Source: Antedon mediterranea
Lineage: Eukaryota > Animalia > Echinodermata
Length of the DNA: 64,000 nt
Reading direction: 5' to 3'
Assembly: GCF_964355755.1 (NCBI RefSeq)
Contig: NC_092674.1
Location: forward strand, 28,024,001-28,088,000
This document shows, in pieces, positions 61,601 through 64,000 of the stretch. Numbering within the stretch: position 1 is the first letter of the stretch; every line of letters starts with the position of its first letter. The notes beneath the pieces were generated by a model that had not been told where the DNA came from, searched no databases, and saw only the letters and a program-made list of their open reading frames with translations. The position numbers were made by a program, and so were the translations under genes.

Positions 61601-61985
61601 AGCTTTTGGGTTTAATTTCTATAGGTAAGATTGAACGGGTATCTGGGTATTGCCTAATTCCCAATACACAGTTCAATATAATGTCATTATTTTTGTCTTT
61701 TAATCTTGGTTCCCACTAGAACGTAACGCAAGGACGTAAACGCAACGCAAGCGTTTTAACCAATGGCAAGCGAAGTTATAGACAGTTAGCAATCACAAGC
61801 GAATAAGCCATTGCTTGTGATTGGTCAATTCACTTGCGTTGCGTCGCTAGTGGGAACCATGCTTAAGCGTGGTTCCCACTAGCGACGCAAGACAAGACTA
61901 ACTGTCTATAACTTCGCTTGTCATTGGTTAAAACGCTTGCGTTGCGTTTACGTCCTTGCGTTACGTTCCAGTGGGAACCAAGCTT
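58690..61985. mobile_element. cluster of MITE-2 elements (TIR agcKtggttcccactag), two internal subtypes
   Basis: Copies about 58692-58898, 59720-59917, 59921-60080, 60090-60150 (half), 60154-60332, 60804-60970, 60983-61194, 61703-61863, 61866-61984; fragments about 15463, 58603, 59040-59100, 63930-63991. Confidence 0.85.
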
Positions 61986-63179
61986 TAGATAAAATACATA
62001 TGAACATTGGGCCCAGCATAGATCTGGTTATTTCGACGACCTAACATCTACGCCCGGCGCTTAAGACGACTCGTCTCGTCGTGGGCCTCGTCATATGACG
62101 CTGTCCGAGTTGGCCTTTATATCTATATAGAACCAAGCAAGCTTAAAACGGATTCCTTCCATTTTAATATGCGCATGCGTGCACGTCATGTGAGACGTCA
62201 TATGTTTTATCTAAAGACAAAAATAATGACATTATAATATTCAATAGGTTTGTGTTCGTTTCAAGCCCGTTTGAGTTTGAAACAGTTATAAATTATTCTA
62301 AATAGGGACCAACATGCTCGAACGTTTTTTTTTGTTTTTTTTACTATTTTCAGCATCATAATGTTGTTATTTTTGTTTGAATTTTGTTGTTCAATTTGTG
62401 GTCATTATTTGTTGATTTGTTTTCTTTTTTTTTTAATAAAAAAGTGTATCTTTAACTAATTTAGTCTCTATTTAGACGCTATTTGGAATTTTGAAACTTT
62501 ATGTGATCTGCCCATATGATGATGATGTCATATTACTACCATATTTGCGCATATCACTACCATATGTGGGCACATCACACTGTTTTGTCACATAAAGTTT
62601 GTAGACAGAGCTTTATACAGTTTATATATCACCTTTAGGCCTAATATACGTTTTACACGTTATATTCTTCTTTACTGATTCCCGTATTTAAACTTGAAGC
62701 ACAGTAATGTTTTCTGTTTGACCTTGAACTTACAATACTCATACTTCATAAATGTTGTTGGTAATACAAATTAATTAATGATTAATGAGGCGGCAACAGC
62801 TAATTAAAGGCTTTTATTGTGATGACGGGATATTTACTTACTCGTCACACTGACGCCATAGCTTCGTTACGGATCGTACATATCTAATTTCTACAATATT
62901 GATACATTTCTGAAAATTTAATGTTGACCCGGTTTCTATCAACTATATGACGCACATGGCACGTATAACCCGCTCTGTCGATCAATTTGCAAACAAAATA
63001 ATATGTTTTTATGAGAATTCATATCTATATTGAATTGAAATTCATATACTCTATTTCTCTTAATTGATATTACTTTAGTGCCGTCAAATTATCTTAAAAC
63101 TAGTACAATCGACCGTCGTTCCATCATAAATGCATTCATGCTGTCTACTTCCGATTAAAAAGACAATTCAAATGATAGA

Positions 63180-63830
63180 ATGCACTCCAATTAAAGACCC
63201 CTGAAACTATTAGTTCACTCCAATTAAAGACCCCTGGAACTATTAGTGCACTCCAATTAAAGACCCCTGGAACTATTAGTGCACTCCAATTAAAGACCCC
63301 TGGAACTATTAGTTCATTCCAATTAAAGACCCCTGGAACTATTAGTTCACTCCAATTAAAGACCCCTGGAACTATTAGTGCACTCCAATTAAAGACCCCT
63401 GGAACTATTAGTGCACTCCAATTAAAGACCCCTGGAACTATTAGTTCATTCCAATTAAAGACCCCTGGAACTATTAGTGCACTCCAATTAAAGACCCCTG
63501 GAACTATTAGTGCACTCCAATTAAAGACCCCTGGAACTATTAGTTCACTCCAATTAAAGACCCCTGGAACTATTAGTGCACTCCAATTAAAGACCCCTGG
63601 AACTATTAGTTCACTCCAATTAAAGACCCCTGGAACTATTAGTGCACTCCAATTAAAGACCCCTGGAACTATTAGTTCATTCCAATTAAAGACCCCTGGA
63701 ACTATTAGTGCACTCCAATTAAAGACCCCTGGAACTATTAGTTCATTCCAATTAAAGACCCCTGGAACTATTAGTGCACTCCAATTAAAGACCCCTGGAA
63801 CTATTAGTTCACTCCAATTAAAGACCCTGA
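63180..63830. repeat. 33-bp satellite, about 20 copies
   Basis: (tgcactccaattaaagacccctggaactattag)n with gtgcact/gttcact/gttcatt variants. Confidence 0.95.
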
Positions 63831-64000
63831 AGCTTTCAACTATATTAAAGAAGACCTGTCCAATAAAAACATGAACAATAAAGATTAATAAAAACTTGAA
63901 AAAAAAGACTTGAATACGAATTGACCAATAAAAAGCGATTTATTATTCAAACTGATTGGTCAATTCGCTTGTGTCCTGTGGTAACCAAGCTTTACAGAAT

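Overview
AT-rich, intron-rich eukaryotic genomic DNA from an invertebrate animal, most likely a marine deuterostome such as an echinoderm (inferred from vertebrate-like exon structure and a Deu/Nin-type SINE; species not determinable here). It holds two tandem + strand genes that I spliced by hand. (1) A CD36-family lysosomal receptor, SCARB2/LIMP-2-like: 12 coding exons at 3-9706, start codon just outside the window, C-terminal acidic dileucine motif DETKPLL. (2) A complete DHRSX-like short-chain dehydrogenase: 6 coding exons at 12366-54481, 332 aa, with a 24-kb intron 3. The rest is mobile and repetitive DNA: a TIR/TSD-bounded but internally deleted Academ (XPG/PIN plus Cys-rich) transposon in DHRSX intron 3, about 25 copies of one ~140-bp MITE, several other MITE families, tRNA- and 5S-derived SINEs, two LINE 3' fragments and many minisatellites, some apparently born from transposon termini. 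The strongest cross-cutting signal is repeated TA to TACAGTA/TACTGTA 5-bp insertions inside otherwise alignable repeats, matching Tc1/mariner excision footprints. No CRISPR or prokaryotic system is supported. Repeat boundaries are approximate; exon boundaries were checked for GT-AG and frame.
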